DNA of 64,000 nt from the human T2T-CHM13v2.0 reference genome, Homo sapiens. The notes under the pieces were generated by a model. That model searched no databases. It worked only from the letters and a program-made list of their open reading frames with translations, and was not told the origin of the DNA. Location of the stretch: assembly GCF_009914755.1 (NCBI RefSeq), contig NC_060929.1. One strand, given 5' to 3'. Positions 1 to 14,658 of the stretch are shown piece by piece; within the stretch, counting starts at the first letter, position 1; each line of letters starts with the position of its first letter. The translations under genes and the position numbers were made by a program.

Positions 1-663
1 TCCTCCCCAGTGAGGAAAAGTCACAGCAGTGCACTTCAGCTTTCAGAGTAAAAGATCAAGACAAGCCCAGGATCAGGTGGCCTGTAATGTGTTCCTTAGA
101 ATCACAATTTCTCCATTCCTGGTACAGTTTTCTGTAATTCTGTTGCCATACCCCAAAGGAAAAGCTTTGCTTTTAGAGAACTCGCGGTCTATTAAGGTTG
201 AGCAAAGGCCTTGGGCATAGGCACTGGGGAGTTCTAATCTCAACTCTGCTCCATATTGTGTGGCAGCCCCAGGCAGGTAATTTAACCTCCACAATTCCTC
301 ATGTTTTCTGACTCGCCGAGATGATTGTAATGACTTCCCTTTGGAGCTGCTGCTAAGGAAACTGTAATGATAGGTGGAGGAATGTTTGTGAGATTTTGCC
401 GGACGTTCACTAGGCTGCAAAAGACTTGGACTTAACTTGCTCCCGTGTCTTTGTGTGCACATCTAGAATTGGGGTCCCTCATGCCAGTCATATCATTACT
501 CTCAGATAAATTCCCCATTGCCTTATGAGGATTGATCTAGGCCTTGATGTTCATCACCAGCCTTTGCAGTTAAACATCTGGTTTATGGAGGGTTTTTTTT
601 CTTTAGTTCTTTGAGAAGATAGAAAAGAACTTGGGAGAGAAGGGCATGATATTCCCTGACATA

Positions 664-964
664 TTTTTTTTTCTTTTTTTTTGAGATGGAGGCTCACTAT
701 GTCACCCATGCTGGAGTGCAGTGTGCGATCTTGGCTCACTGCAACTCCCACCTCCCAGGTTTAAGCAATTCTCTTGCCTCAGCTCCTTGAATAGCTGGGA
801 TTACAGGTGGTGCACCAACATGCCCAGCTAATGTTTGTATTTTTAGTAGAGACAAGGTTTCACCATGTTGGCCAGGCTGGTCTGGAACTCCTGACCTCAA
901 ATGATCACCTCACCTCAGCCTCCCAGAGTGCTAGAATTACAGGTGTGCACCACTGTGCCTGGCC
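664..964 (-). mobile_element. Alu SINE (old AluS/AluJ type), full length
   Basis: Poly-T, then gagatggaggctcactatgtcacccatgctggagtgcagtg...gtgcaccactgtgcctggcc: reverse complement of a dimeric Alu. Confidence 0.95.
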
Positions 965-1647
965 TTCCTCACCTCTCTTTCACCCAGAATACTCAGAATT
1001 GAGCACAAATATTCTTAAGAATGTTGTTCCCATTCCCTTCATCGGCTTACCTGTATTATGTGTATATAATGTCATCTTCATAGGCATTCTCTCTATTTGT
1101 CCCATACTATCTTCGATGCAGAGCTCAATACTTCTTCATATTTGTCAGGGAAATGTCAGTCTCACAAAATATTAGAGAGAAATGCAGATTCTACTGAAGA
1201 TGTCATAGGGGAGCCAGAGCAAGGGGTTCACCTCTCACCTCCTGCTGCAAATGTCTTGATTAACATTTTAATCGATGTATCTTTCTTCCTAAGTCAGTGT
1301 TTCTCTTCTGAATCACCGTGAGGGCTCCTTGCCTCTGCCTTTTACCCCTAGTACATCCAGAATATTTTGTCTTATTTCTTCCCTCCTACCTTTTAAATCT
1401 CAAATTCCTCCTCACTCCTCATGTCATACAGAGCACCTGACTGACCAGCTTCTGTCTCAAAACACTTTATATGTATACCCTTTCTCAAAATGCAATGGTA
1501 GATCATATATATTTTTTCTTTTACTGATGGAAAAAATGGGTTTGCTGTAACAACTGAGATAAATTTTATATTTCAAGAATTTTAAAATATATCCTTTAAA
1601 ATATTTTGGTATGAATTTGGCACTTTATTTCTTTGGAAGATGTACAT

Positions 1648-2174
1648 CATGGTAGACAGATATCTAAGATGGCGGTCAAGATCCTTGCTCCCTGGAGTAA
1701 ATACCTTATATTCTTTCCTTTCAGTGAGGGAGAAACTTGTAAATATGATGTGATGCCACTTCTGTGATTATGTTATTGCCTAAGGGATTCTGCAGATGCA
1801 ATTAAGGCTACTAATCAATTGATTTTGAGTTAATCAAAAGGGAGATTTTTCTGGGAGTCACCAGCCTAATCACATAAGCCCTTCAAATCTGGGTATAGAG
1901 GTCACAGACTAAGAAAATCAGAGAGTGGACATGTGAAAAGACACACATGGCAAAGAACTGAGGTAGCTTCTAGGACCTAAGAGTGGTCCCCAGGCACCAA
2001 CTAACAAGAGAGAAAGAGCCTCCGACCTGGGGCAAAACTTTGATTTCAACCTTGTAAGACCCTCTTCAGAGCACCCAATTCTCTGTCTGGGCTTCTGAAG
2101 GACAGAAACCAGGCGATGACAAATAAATGCCACTAAACATATCATCTTCTACATAGCAATAGAAAATTATTATA
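1648..2174 (+). mobile_element. MaLR LTR (MLT1E/F-like), degraded solo LTR
   Basis: tggtagacagat..ctaagatggc start, gcagatgcaattaagg..aatcaattgattttgagttaatcaaaagggagatt core and catagcaatagaaaa end resemble MLT1 consensus. Confidence 0.7.
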
Positions 2175-2845
2175 TGCAGTTTACTCAGAGCTTGTTTCCC
2201 TTCCATTTTGGATGGTAGAATATTCTTGCTTTTATGAAATGATCATCCTAGAAGAGGATAGGTTTTTCTATCTTAAACAAAATCTTCCTTATTTAGCAAA
2301 AAAGTTTACAAACCCATGTCAACTCTCCCTGCCTTATAGGGTTTGTTTGGGAATTTTAGTAAACAGTAAAATTGCCAAGTCTAGAAATCACAGATTGAAA
2401 ATATCCCATTTCCCCATCTGTCATCTAAATTTTACTGCTCTCCCAAGCTCTCTTCAAGGAAACTTCTTCAAGGGTTTTGAGGTGTTTTCTGCCCCTGAGA
2501 AATTGTCTTCCTCTTATCAGCGAGTTCTTAAATTCTGTGCCTGAGTAGTAACTTTAATTTGTTGTCAAGATGGTTTTGAGTCCTGTGCGGTTTAGTTTCC
2601 CACTTTTTGTCTTGCCTCCCTGGCTATAGGCCTGGGGGCAGGACCACAGTTTCAAGCTCCTGAGTCTTCTGCTGAGTCTGGCCAGATACCTGAGGCCCAG
2701 TGGGTGCTCCCACATCCTTTTGAGTTGATGGATTTTACAAGGCAGGGGCCAAAACTCCCTACTAAATAATTGATCAACACGCCTCTTGGATTTTGTATCC
2801 ACTCCTGTGTGTAGATATCACCTGCTGTATTTGGCCCTATCTTTG

Positions 2846-2848
<3 letters not shown>

Positions 2849-2889
<41 letters not shown>
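2849..2889 (+). repeat. Uninterrupted poly(A) tract, 41 nt
   Basis: Direct count; no Alu or L1 body adjacent. Confidence 0.95.
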
Positions 2890-2893
<4 letters not shown>

Positions 2894-3603
2894 TCTGGGC
2901 ATAAATCCCTCTTTCAGAGAGAGAAATAATTTTAGCAGCAGCTGGTCCGTGGCATTAAAGATTGAATGACTGTAATGTGTTCAGACCATGGTTGGCTTGT
3001 TAGGAATTCTGTAAGGCAAGAAATAACCTGAGAGCCACAGACCTTGGAGACTGCACGAAAAAGATTGTTGGTGGTGATGTCCTTCCTTGAAGCATCATGT
3101 TGTAATTCCTGGGCCATTAACACAGCTACCCTTCAGTGGCTTCTCATTAACTGCAGGAGAAGCTCCAGCGTCTCTGTGTGTCACTGCCAGCTTCTCATCC
3201 CCTTCCATCCTCATTCCTGCAGCCATCCTTGTGCACTCTGTGATAAGTTTTACTCACCTACTTCTGCTCTCCTGTGCCCCTCTCCTCTCCTCTCCTCTTC
3301 TCTTTATTTTGGTGCATCCAATTCCCTCTTTTGGAGTAAAGTTTCCTATAGCCTTTTCTCCAGTCTCGTTCACCCAGTGATTTCTACATGTGTCCTTCAA
3401 TCCGTTCAAGTTTCACCTCCACACAGCCTTCCCTGACCTTCCCCAGGAAGTGGACTTTTTCAAAAGCACTTAGAGTGTTTTCCCTGCAGTAATCATTTTA
3501 TACAAGTTCTCTTTCAGAATGCTCAAAACAGCCCGATGAGGTAGACATTATCTCTGTTTTTACAGAGGATGAAGCTAAGGTTTAAGGAAGTTAAGTTACC
3601 TGC

Positions 3604-3644
3604 TGTATTAGGGTTTTCTAGAGGGACAGAACTAATAGGAGATT

Positions 3645-3683
<39 letters not shown>

Positions 3684-4081
3684 TATATATGTGTATATAT
3701 ATTAGTTTATTAAGTATTAACTTACATAATCACAAGGTCCCACAATAGGCTGTCTGCAAGCTTGAGGAGTGAGGAGAGCCAGTCCTAGTCTCAAAACTGA
3801 AGAACTTAGAGTCCGATGTTCAAAGGCAGGAAGCATCCAGCACGAGAGAAAGATGTAGGCTGGGAGGCTAGGCCAGTCTTGCTTTTTCACGTTTTTCTGC
3901 CTGCTTTATATTCACTGGAAGCTTATTAGATGGTGCCCACCAGATTAAGGGTGGGTCTGCCTTCCCCAGCCCACTGACTCAAATGTTAATCTCGTCTGGC
4001 AACACCCTCACAGACATACCCAGGAATAATACTTTGCATCCTTCAATCCAAGCAAGTTCACACTCAGCATTAGCCATCACA
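3604..4081 (-). mobile_element. MLT2A1-type (HERV-L) solo LTR inserted into a MIR, with internal (TA)n(CA)n microsatellite
   Basis: TG...CA termini (tgtattagggttttctagagggacagaac ... tagccatcaca), perfect 5-bp TSD cctgc at 3599-3603 and 4082-4086, characteristic MLT2A body. Confidence 0.9.
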
Positions 4082-5149
4082 CCTGCCTAAATTTTTATGG
4101 ATACTAAGCCAGCACATAAGCCTGGAACTGTTATAATCGCAACCCATGCTTATGATGTCAAGGACTGTCTCTTAACCTCAGAGCTGTGGTGCTTCCTGGG
4201 CCCTCACAGTGCTTTATGCATTGTCTCTGAAGTAGCATTCTTCCTTTCCTGTTGCTGTTGAAATCTGTCTCCCTCATTGGCCTGTGAGCCTAAGCGGGGG
4301 AGGGGATCATCGTCTCTTCATCTGAACACATATCCCCAGAAACTCATAAAATGTTGAACAAACTTGAGCTTAATAAGTAAAGAATTTTTAAAAGACATTG
4401 CCAAAAGAAACAGAACTTGAAGGAAAAAAAATGTAAGGGAAATTATAATCTACTCAGTTAAATTTTCTATGGTAAGGCCATTACTGGTTTCATGAGGAGT
4501 GTCTTGAGCTTTTGTTTAATTGAAAGGAAAAGGAGATTTTCAAGGGGAAATACCACACAAAGTGGGGGAAATAAAGGAGGAAGGGGAGTAAGTCTATTTC
4601 TCTCACAGGTATATGATTGTTATTATATCAGTGGTGTTTAATTTTGCTTATTAATGATTATTGTATAAAGTCTGCTATATGCCATTGTGGAGTGTTCAGG
4701 GGATTGGTTTTAAGACATTCCACTCCCAAAGCTCATTTTTACAAACTTTCCACCTTATGGTGTTGTCCTTAACATATGTGGAGGAGGAAGATTTTTATCC
4801 CCTAAAGTGGAGGGTGGTGGCATTTAATGCTTGGTTTCGGGAATATTCATGTCTACCTCAAAGATGGTATTATAAAGAAGGAGTAGCTGTGAAAAAGTGA
4901 TATTTACATTCTCATCTTAATATTGCTGTTGAATATGTAATTTGAGATTATAAAATCATACCACATTCTACCAAAAGTTTATTACTATCCTCTTAGCTCT
5001 TTTGTCTTTTCATCTTGAAGTATGAGTGTTTCTTGAAGCTTTAAGCATTTTACAAGGGATAAGAGGACATCCAGTAACAACAAAATGAGGAAGCCACATT
5101 GCACTCCTTGGACATGTGCGTACAGGATGTGTAGTAGATACAACCCTGA

Positions 5150-5504
<355 letters not shown>

Positions 5505-6939
5505 TGAATTTCATGTGCGTATCACCCCTTGTCTTCTGCCATCTTTCTCTTTGTCCCCTTTTTCCTCTGTCTTTAGTCATCCTCTCTTTCTTTCCCATTC
5601 CCGAGGATATTTTGCCTTCTTTTCCAAGGCTAAGACCTCTGTGTCTAGAAAGAAGTTGAAATTGAGAGCTCTTCAGTCAGATTTACCAGTTCCTGGTGAC
5701 TTTAGGCAAGTCCCTGGGCTTCTTCAAGTCTCAGTTTTCACACCTATATAAAGGGGGGTAATAGCCCCTCTTTGCTCACAGCTGCAAGCTCTGCTGTTGT
5801 GTTTTCTCCCTAGTGAATGGGGCTTATATTCTCCTGGAAGTAGGAAGACAAAAACTAAACAGTAACATAATAAAAAATACTTACAAAAATATACTTAACG
5901 CTTCTTCATTCTTCAAAAAGAAGTGAGTTTATTTGACTTTGACTCTGCATCTTAAGCCATACTTGCTTTTTTTTACTTTGGCTACATTGCAAAAGAAAAA
6001 TAAAATCCTTATTTTCTTTCTCAGTGCCCTCACCACCCATTAATTCACTCCTTAACCTGCTACAAACCCCTTTTTTCCTTCCTTTCCTTAATTTCCAAAT
6101 TCAACACCCTTTGTTCATTTTTCTTCTCTTTGATGTCTGTGTAGCATTTTAACTGCAATGGTCAAACTTCTCTGTTTTAAAATCACTATGAACATTCTTT
6201 TTGTTCTGTCCTAAAGGAGGGCTTCCTCCCTATTTTTGTTAAAGATAACGCAGTTCTTCAGATCGCCCACGCATCAGACCATATCATAAACTTTGAGTAA
6301 CCCATCACTTTTATTTGCTCCATCCCAACCAATCCCCGGGCCCGGCTGGGCCCTTATTTGCAGCATACCCCTTTCCTTTCCTTGTGTTTCCTTCCCTTCT
6401 CTCGTTCTTACATTCTGTAGACAGATTAGTTGCATTGCATCTATGCCCAGCCTCAGAATAATTGTGTGGCCTTTGACAAACTACTTAGCTTGTCTGAGCT
6501 TTGGTTTCCTAATAGGTAATAGAAATTGTAATTATAATTTTTACCTCTAAAAGTTAATGTGAAGATTAAATAAAATAATGGATAAATAGTCCTATCTACT
6601 CCTATGCTAAATAGCTGACACATGGTAGCTATTAATATTATCTGCCTCACACCATCCCAGCCTCCTCATTTGGTTCTTTTTACTGGAACAAGGACCAGCA
6701 GTCATCTCATTTTAGTCCCATTATTTTTCTTTCCTCCAGTCTTCTCCATCCAATACCACAGAAACCCTGTACAAATACTAGATCAATATTACCACTGCAT
6801 AGTTGGGAAGATGTATGAAGTAATATGTTACCACAAGAATACGGGCTTTGGCTTGAATTTTTATTCTGTATCTTGATAGCTGAATAATTTCAATCTGGCT
6901 TCTGAACCTCTCTGAGTTTCAGTTGCCTCATGTTGAAGA

Positions 6940-7385
6940 TTGCAACACTATTCACAATTGCTAAGACATGGAATCAACCTAGGTGCCTATCAGTGGATTG
7001 GATAAAGAAAATATGGTATATATACACCATGGAATACTACACAGCTGTAAAAGAGAATGAAATCACATCCTTCACAGCAGCATGGATGCAGTTGGAGGTC
7101 ATTATCCTAAGCAAAACATAGGAAGAGAAAACCAAATACTGCATGTTCTTACTTATAAGTGAGAGCTAAGCATTGGGTACACGTAGACATAAAGATGAGA
7201 ACAATAGACACTGGGGGCTACTGGGGAGGGGGGCAAGGACTAACACCTATTTGGTACTATGCTCACTACCTGGGTGATGGGATCATTTATACCCCAAACC
7301 TCAGTGTCGTGCAATATACCCATGTAACAAACCTGCACATGTACCTTCTGAATCTAAAATGAAAGTTGAAATTATTTTTTTAAAG
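6940..7385 (+). mobile_element. 5'-truncated L1 (old L1PA type): end of ORF2 plus 3' UTR
   Basis: Translation ATLFTIAKTWNQPRC...WIKKIWYIYTMEYY matches the L1 ORF2 C-terminus; 3' UTR motif catgtaacaaacctgcacatgtac. Confidence 0.92.
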
Positions 7386-8314
7386 TTACAGCTACCATGC
7401 AGAGCTGGTGTAGGAATTAAAACTATCAAGCACCTAGCATAGTGCCTGCTACAGAGTTCCCACTCAGTAGATGGTAACAGTTGGTATTATAGCAGCCCCC
7501 TGCTCTCTTTAACCCAGCGAATGAACCTGTGAAACCTTTGATGGACAGTCAAGCTCCCCCATGGTTTAGCCTTTATCTCTGCTTCCAGCTGCCCTTGCTG
7601 TCTTCCTTGCTAGTATCCCTTACATGAGCTATTAGACCCATGAAAGGGGCCTCATTTTTCTGTCTCTGTCCTGCTGTTTTTCCCACTCCTCTTTTCTGGA
7701 ATCCTAATCCTCCCTTCTTCTTCTCCCTGGACAAGATCAACTCTCACTTCATGAAATGAAAAAAAAACATACAAAGGATTTAAGATTGTTACTGGTCTAG
7801 ACCTTATTATACTAGTCTGTAATTGGGAGTCTTTCACATTTATTGTATAAATGCACGACTTTAGCAAATTATGCTACAGTCTTTGGTATTATTTTAAAAT
7901 CATATTGCTTTTATATGATTTGCCCCCTTGATGTTTTATTTCTTTGATGCCATGTGTTGAGCAGTTACACAGTAAAAACTCAGTAAACTCTTATTGGTGA
8001 TTTTTGAGGTTGATTTTCATGGAATTCATAGCTCGTGAACCATCTGATCCTTAGGTCGCACCATTTATTTCTTGGCCTCTGCACAGAACCTTTTTCTTCA
8101 AGATGTTCCATCTGCTTTGCAGAAATTAGCTCATGAGTCATTTCCTTTCCCCACCCTCCTTGTAAACTGTAGCAGCAGAAGGGCAGCCCCTTTGGAATAA
8201 GTGGAAGTACAGGGGTCGCATGGAGCAGTAGGGAGTTCGAAGCAGGCTCAAATCTGTCAAGTCCTAGTTCAGGGTTATTATCCCCCAAAGCACTGAGAAA
8301 TTAGGCAGAGACAG

Positions 8315-8555
8315 CTCTGTTCAGTGGAAAGAAAGTGCTTTGGAGCCAGACGTGACTGGGCTCAGATCCTGGCTCTGCCTGTTGTATGCTTTGCGATCTT
8401 TGGCAACACAGTTAACATCTCTGGGTCCTTGTTTCCTGTTCCATAAAGTGGGAATAGTAATATCTGCCTGCCAGGGCTATTGTACAATAAGATAAACAGT
8501 ATGAAAAGACACTAGCATGGTACCTGGCACAGAGTATTAATTTCATAGTATTATT
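8315..8555 (+). mobile_element. MIR SINE
   Basis: cagtggaaagaaagtgctttggagccagac...gggctcagatcctggctctgcc...tttcctgttccataaagtgggaatagtaa MIR core. Confidence 0.8.
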
Positions 8556-9631
8556 CTTCTGACCCAGAGAGGTTTCAGTGTCCCCCAAAGAGAACACTGC
8601 AGAAATTATTGACACATACACCAAAAACTTTGTAAATAACTCCTCAGCCACATTCGGGCCTGTTGTAAAATCATGTTTAAAAGTTAATTATTTTGTCCTT
8701 CTTGCTTAACAGGGTGGAAACTTGATAAAATACACCTGTGAGTTAGGGTTGTTTTTGTTATTTCCTACCTGACAGCCAGAAAGAAAAGTCTGAAAATTAC
8801 TTTTTTCTCTTTACTTTGAATTTTCAAGAGCTGATCAATTTTTATGTTCCCTAAAGAGGAGAATTCAATAAGGCAGTCTGGAATCCAACTAATAATTTTT
8901 AGTCGTGCATTCTAGGGTGGACCTTGATAGAATGTTTGTTCCATCTTTGTGTTTTATGTTCACTCTTTTAAACTGGGTAACTGAATGTTGAAATGTTAGC
9001 CTGGGTAAGGGTCAGAGTAGCACCTGCTTGGCCACATCCTACCTGGGTGAGACACAGCATTGCTGTAGCCTTGAGTTTCCTCATCATTCCCATTCAGGCT
9101 GGTTAGCGTGAGCCTCAGTTGACCAAACTTTCAAGAATTTCAAAGTGTAAAATTAGACCAGGTATATAAAAGTTCTTTAAAAAGCTGCAGTTGTATTTGA
9201 ATACAATCAAATGGCTTTTTTCTACCTATGTTTATAAATTGGAAAATAACATAGTAATAGAAATAGCAATGGAGGGTAGCTATTTTTTGAGAATATTCTT
9301 TGTGCCCCAGGACCAAACTAATTTGAATCTCAAAAAATAAAATCCTACTGGATTAGGTTTTGGGTTTGTTTTGCCTTTTACTCATGAGGAAAAAGGGGCA
9401 CAGGAAAATCAAGTTACTTTTGTCCATAGTCTTACTTGTAACAAACATAGGTGCCAGTACTCAAATGTGGAGAGGCTGTCTCCAGAGTCAAAGAACTTAG
9501 AGATCAAATAAAGAAATTGCTTACTCTAATATTCATTCCTTAATGTGGCAAATATTTATTAATCACTTATTATGTTCCAGGTGGTACAAAGCACAAGAGA
9601 TGGCAGATTGAATCAGGCAGGGTTGGTTCTT

Positions 9632-9937
<306 letters not shown>

Positions 9938-10251
9938 GCAGGGTTGGTTCTTGTTCTCATCGAGGACACAGCCTTATAGAGTAAAATAATAAACAGGAAT
10001 GATGAAATAAAATAATTGCACACTGGCAAATGCTATAACTAAAACCAGCAGGTACTGAGATGGAGAGCAAAGGGTCAGGGAAGGCCCTATTTGGATCAAA
10101 TGTTCAAAGAAGGCATCCTGGGAGGAGTGACACTTATGCTGAGATGCACGAGATGAGAAGAAGATAGCCTACCACATAGGTGACATGTCAACTTAGCTGT
10201 TACATAGGGATACAGAGCTCAGAGAAGACCACGCCTAACATACTACTTTAG

Positions 10252-10521
<270 letters not shown>

Positions 10522-11326
10522 GAAACCTTGAACTTTTTATAGTAGTTGTTCAATTATGAGTTACCTCTTTCTTGAGCCTTCCCAGCATGTAAAACAAACT
10601 TTGTCTTTGCTAGCGCAGACATTTGAAATGGATTTCTTATAGGTTAGCTTCCTTGGACTGAAGCTAGAAAATTGGGAAAAGGATTTTTTTTTTTTATTTT
10701 TGGAGTAGCAAGTGTCTTCACAAAGAGCTTAGGACTTGGAGATGGAGGACACAGTACTGAGGTTTTGGAGATGAAAGTCATACGAGTTGCTTTCCTTGAA
10801 ATGGTGGTACAGAAGAGATAAAACTAACTCATTTGAATTCAGGGAATGCACAGTTTCTGAGCTTGCAGAAAGGCTGAATTTTGAACTGTGCTCTGCACCC
10901 CATTTTCTCGATTAGACTATAACATGGTGTCTTGCCCATCCCTTTCTCTACTTCCAGGATTTCTGGGAAGAAAATTAAAATACTTAAAGTAGCACTCAAT
11001 ATTTAACTATTCCAAAGCACTCAAGGTAAAACCCAGTCTAAAGTGGTTCCACAAACATTTTATTGCATTTTCTAAAGCACGGTTCTTATACATCTCTACC
11101 AGGCTCAATCTTTAAATGCCTTTTGATTTCCTGTTTCTTGAAACTTATAATCTCAGCCTATAAAAATAATTTTAAATGTCCATCAATTGGATATCGGTTA
11201 AATTACAAAATTTTTATAAAACTTAATGATGCATATCTTTTAAAAAGAATGAGGTAGATCTAGATAAAATTATCATAAAAGAATATTGTTGATATAACAT
11301 TGACAGGAAATAAAGGTTATGGAGGA

Positions 11327-11545
11327 AGAATTGGCACACGTTTTCTGTAAAGGGCCAGATAGTAAATATTTTCAGCTTTGCAGACCATATGGTATCTGTT
11401 GCAATTACTCATCTCTGCTGTTTTGGTGTGAAAGCAGCCACAGACACTGTGTAAATAAATGAGTGTGGCTGTATTCCAATAAAACTTTTCACAGGCTTTT
11501 ACAAAAACAGGCGGTGGGCTCACAGGCTGTACTTTGCAGATCCCA
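11327..11545 (+). mobile_element. MER58A hAT-Charlie MITE within old L1ME fragments
   Basis: ttttctgtaaagggccagatagtaaatattttcagctttgcagacca...gctgtattccaataaaacttt matches MER58. Confidence 0.85.
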
Positions 11546-12961
11546 TTATAAACTATGCAGAGTGGGAAATAATCTGTTATTAAACAACAATTAAATATTT
11601 GGAAGGATATGTACCAGACTGTTTCATGATCCTTCTATTCTAGAGATAGAATAACAAAGTGATTTTTCTAGCATTTGGTATGTTACAATGAGCAATGATT
11701 GCTTTTATACTGAGCAAAAACAATGAAGGCACTACTATTGTGATGAAAAATCAGATTTTGCACTGTTCTAGGTAGCTTAGTCCTAATAAGTAATATTTAA
11801 CTATATTTTTATTATGCCCGCAGAGCAATTGCCAGTATTTTATTCTTTGGAGGCAGAAACCAGAAGTACAGAATTAAACATTAAATTTACACAAGAACAG
11901 AGTATAGTTACCATCAGTGGTGGCCAAGGTTTCAGTCTTGAATGGAATAATATCTAGATATACAGTAAAGGTCTGTCTTTAGTTATACTCTATCTCGTAT
12001 TCTAGAAGAAGATGAATCTTAATACAAACTCTTAAGGAATGAAAAACTTAAGATATAATGAAACCAGACCAGCCACAGTTTTAAGGTATTTCTCCGCAAC
12101 CCAGATTTTGCATTATCAGAGCACTGCCCTGCTCTTGCATGATATTATCCTAGATTAGAATGTACTCTTCATTTTTTTCCCATCATATGGCATTAATAAA
12201 CACAAATGAAAGGAGAGGTTATCTAAAAGTCTATTTTGTATGATTATTTATTTTGCCTGATGGCAATGTTGAAGATGAGATTTGAGCACGTGGTCTCAGG
12301 TGGGTGTGACAGCTCTATAGGTCCCTACTGACCCTGAGGCTCTCTGATTTCATGATTCAGCTGTTGATCAGATTCAGTGCTTTGCAAGGTTCACATCCTT
12401 GACTGGTCTTGACACGAAATGAGTGGCCATAATTCCGCATTTTAGATTCAATATCCAGGTGTAATTGACCAAACAAGAAAACTAAAGTGTAGCCCAGATT
12501 AGAGCTCATTTTAGTGAAAAAGGAAGCAGGAAGTAAACTCTTAGGTATTCAATGGCCTGTCCTCTGCTTGATTCCAGAATGCCAAGCCAAATATTTCTCC
12601 CACCTGTTAACATTTCCATATAAGTGAATCCTGCTTTTGGTGGATTTCAAATAGGGGTTAAATAGGGCAAAACTTATGGTTTCTAATTTACTTCTAATTA
12701 GGGGAAAGTCGCTTTAAAACTTTTAGCTAAAATAGGCTTAGTATTTACAAATACAGAAACATGGATTTGAAAATATATATGTAGTGAACATATATTTAGT
12801 GGTTCATCAAATTGCTGAAACATTAATTCAACCACTTTTCTCTTAGAGCAATTACAGTTATTCCACTGTCTTTCCACAGTTACAGTGAATTCTCTAATAA
12901 TCATCACTGCACATATAAATTTGTCCTCCTTTTAACTATGCTGGACAAATGTCTGGGAGGA

Positions 12962-13372
12962 AATGCCCATCAATCAAGTGGATAAAGGAAATGTAGTATA
13001 TATGTTCTATGGAATACTACTCAGTTGTAAAAAGGAATAAAATAATGGCATTCACAGCAACCTGGGTGGAATTGGAGACTATTATTCTAAGTGAAGTAAC
13101 TCAAGAATGGAAAACCAAACATTGTATGTTCTCACTCATATGTGGGACCTAAACTGTGAGGACACAAAGGCATAAGAATGATACATTGGACTTTGAGAAC
13201 TTGGGGGAAAGGGTGGAGGTGGCAAGGGATAAAAGACTACACATTGGGTACAGTGTACACTGCTCAGGTGATGGGTGCACCAAAATCTCAGATAGCACCA
13301 CTAAAGAACTTATTCATGTAGCCAAATGCCACCTGTTCCCCAAAACACTACTGAAATAAAAAAAAATTTTAA
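12962..13372 (+). mobile_element. 5'-truncated L1PB-type 3' end
   Basis: ORF2 C-terminal remnant, then L1PB 3' UTR (gggataaaagactacacattgggtacagtgtacactgctcaggtgatgggtgcaccaaaatctcag) and A tail. Confidence 0.9.
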
Positions 13373-14308
13373 ATGAAAAAAATGGGAGGGGAAAAAAGTG
13401 CTTTGGCACCTTAATTTGTTTATTCATTTGTAAACATTTAATAAGGATCCCACTGTATGGCAAGTCCTGTGTTATATGTTGGGGATGAGTCACTAACTTG
13501 CTGTGTCACCTTGGACAAACTCCTTCATCTCTCTGGTCTCCTTTGTTCTACTGATGTCCTTAAGAAATCATTCAAAGAATATTTACAGCCTCAAGAGGAT
13601 CCTAAGGATCCATATTGTCAAGTTGCTTCCAAAAGTTTTAGGCAAATTTGCAATGCTATCTGCACTAATTTCATCACAACCTTGCCAGCAAGGACTTTGT
13701 GTCCCATTTAAAATTGTAGTCATTTAAATGAGTGGAAAATGGCATGTGATTGGCTTTTTTTCTTCTTCTTAGATTATTAATGAGGTTGAAGAATGTACAA
13801 CTTTGGCTCTAAGTCAAATGCAGTTTCAATTCCATATCATATTCTTAGATTTTCTTTGCCAAGAAACTTCTTTTGTAGTGGCAGGAAGTAGAAGAAAGGA
13901 CAGGAGAGAACAATGCTTTTTTTAAAAAAATCTCATTTTAGAGAAAAAAATGTATTTGAGAAAACTATTTCCACAACACATTGCACATTGATAATGTGAT
14001 GATGCTTCAAATGTTTTGATTGAATTTTTTCATCTCATTCCCCAAGGAAAATCCTCAATTTCTATTTTTACCTTTGTTCCAAATGCCACATGTATACTTC
14101 CATCCCTATTTCCCTCTTGGAGATAATATCTCAAGCAATAAGGCTGTTGCATACCTCTCTAGTCATTAATAAATGATTGTGAACCCTTCAAAATGCAAAA
14201 TACTATATCGGTGTTTTGGGATGATGATGACAAGAATACCTCACAGGTAAATGGATAAAGCAAATGAATTAAAGTTTGCAAACAATTTTTAGAGAAAGAC
14301 TTGAGTGT

Positions 14309-14658
14309 CGTCTTAGTCTGCTTGGGCTGCCATAACAAAATTCCAAGACTAGGTGGCTTAAACAACAGAAATTATTTTCTCATACTTCTGCAGTCTGGAA
14401 AGTCCCAAATCAAGGTCTGGCAGCATTTGATTTCTGATGAGGGCTGTCTTCCTGGCTTGCATCCTCACATGGTGGAGAGACGGAGCACTGGTGTCTTTTT
14501 TCTTACAGGGGCACCAATTCTGTCAGATCAGGGCTCTACCATTATGACCTCACTTAACCTTAATCAACTTCTCAGAAGCCCTATACTTAGTACAGTCACA
14601 TAGAGGATTAGTGCTTCAACATATGAAGTTGGGGGAGGACCAAATTCAGTTCACAGCA
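14309..14658 (-). mobile_element. MaLR LTR (MLT1A-like)
   Basis: gtcttagtctgcttgggctgccataacaaaa...ggtggcttaaacaacagaaatt...aaattcagttcacagca. Confidence 0.85.

Noticed and set aside
807-1175. 122-aa ORF and similar Alu-overlapping ORFs (5213, 5226, 9646, 28869, 39905, 45756, 46516, 61156, 61335)
   Set aside because: Peptides such as [14 protein letters not shown] and SPRLECSG are stock Alu translations, not genes.
3044-3436. 130-aa ORF, plus other non-repeat ORFs such as 2212-2544, 54914-55279 and 62366-62671
   Set aside because: No recognisable domain or homology, low-complexity composition and no coherent splice context; lengths are within chance expectation for six frames of 64 kb.
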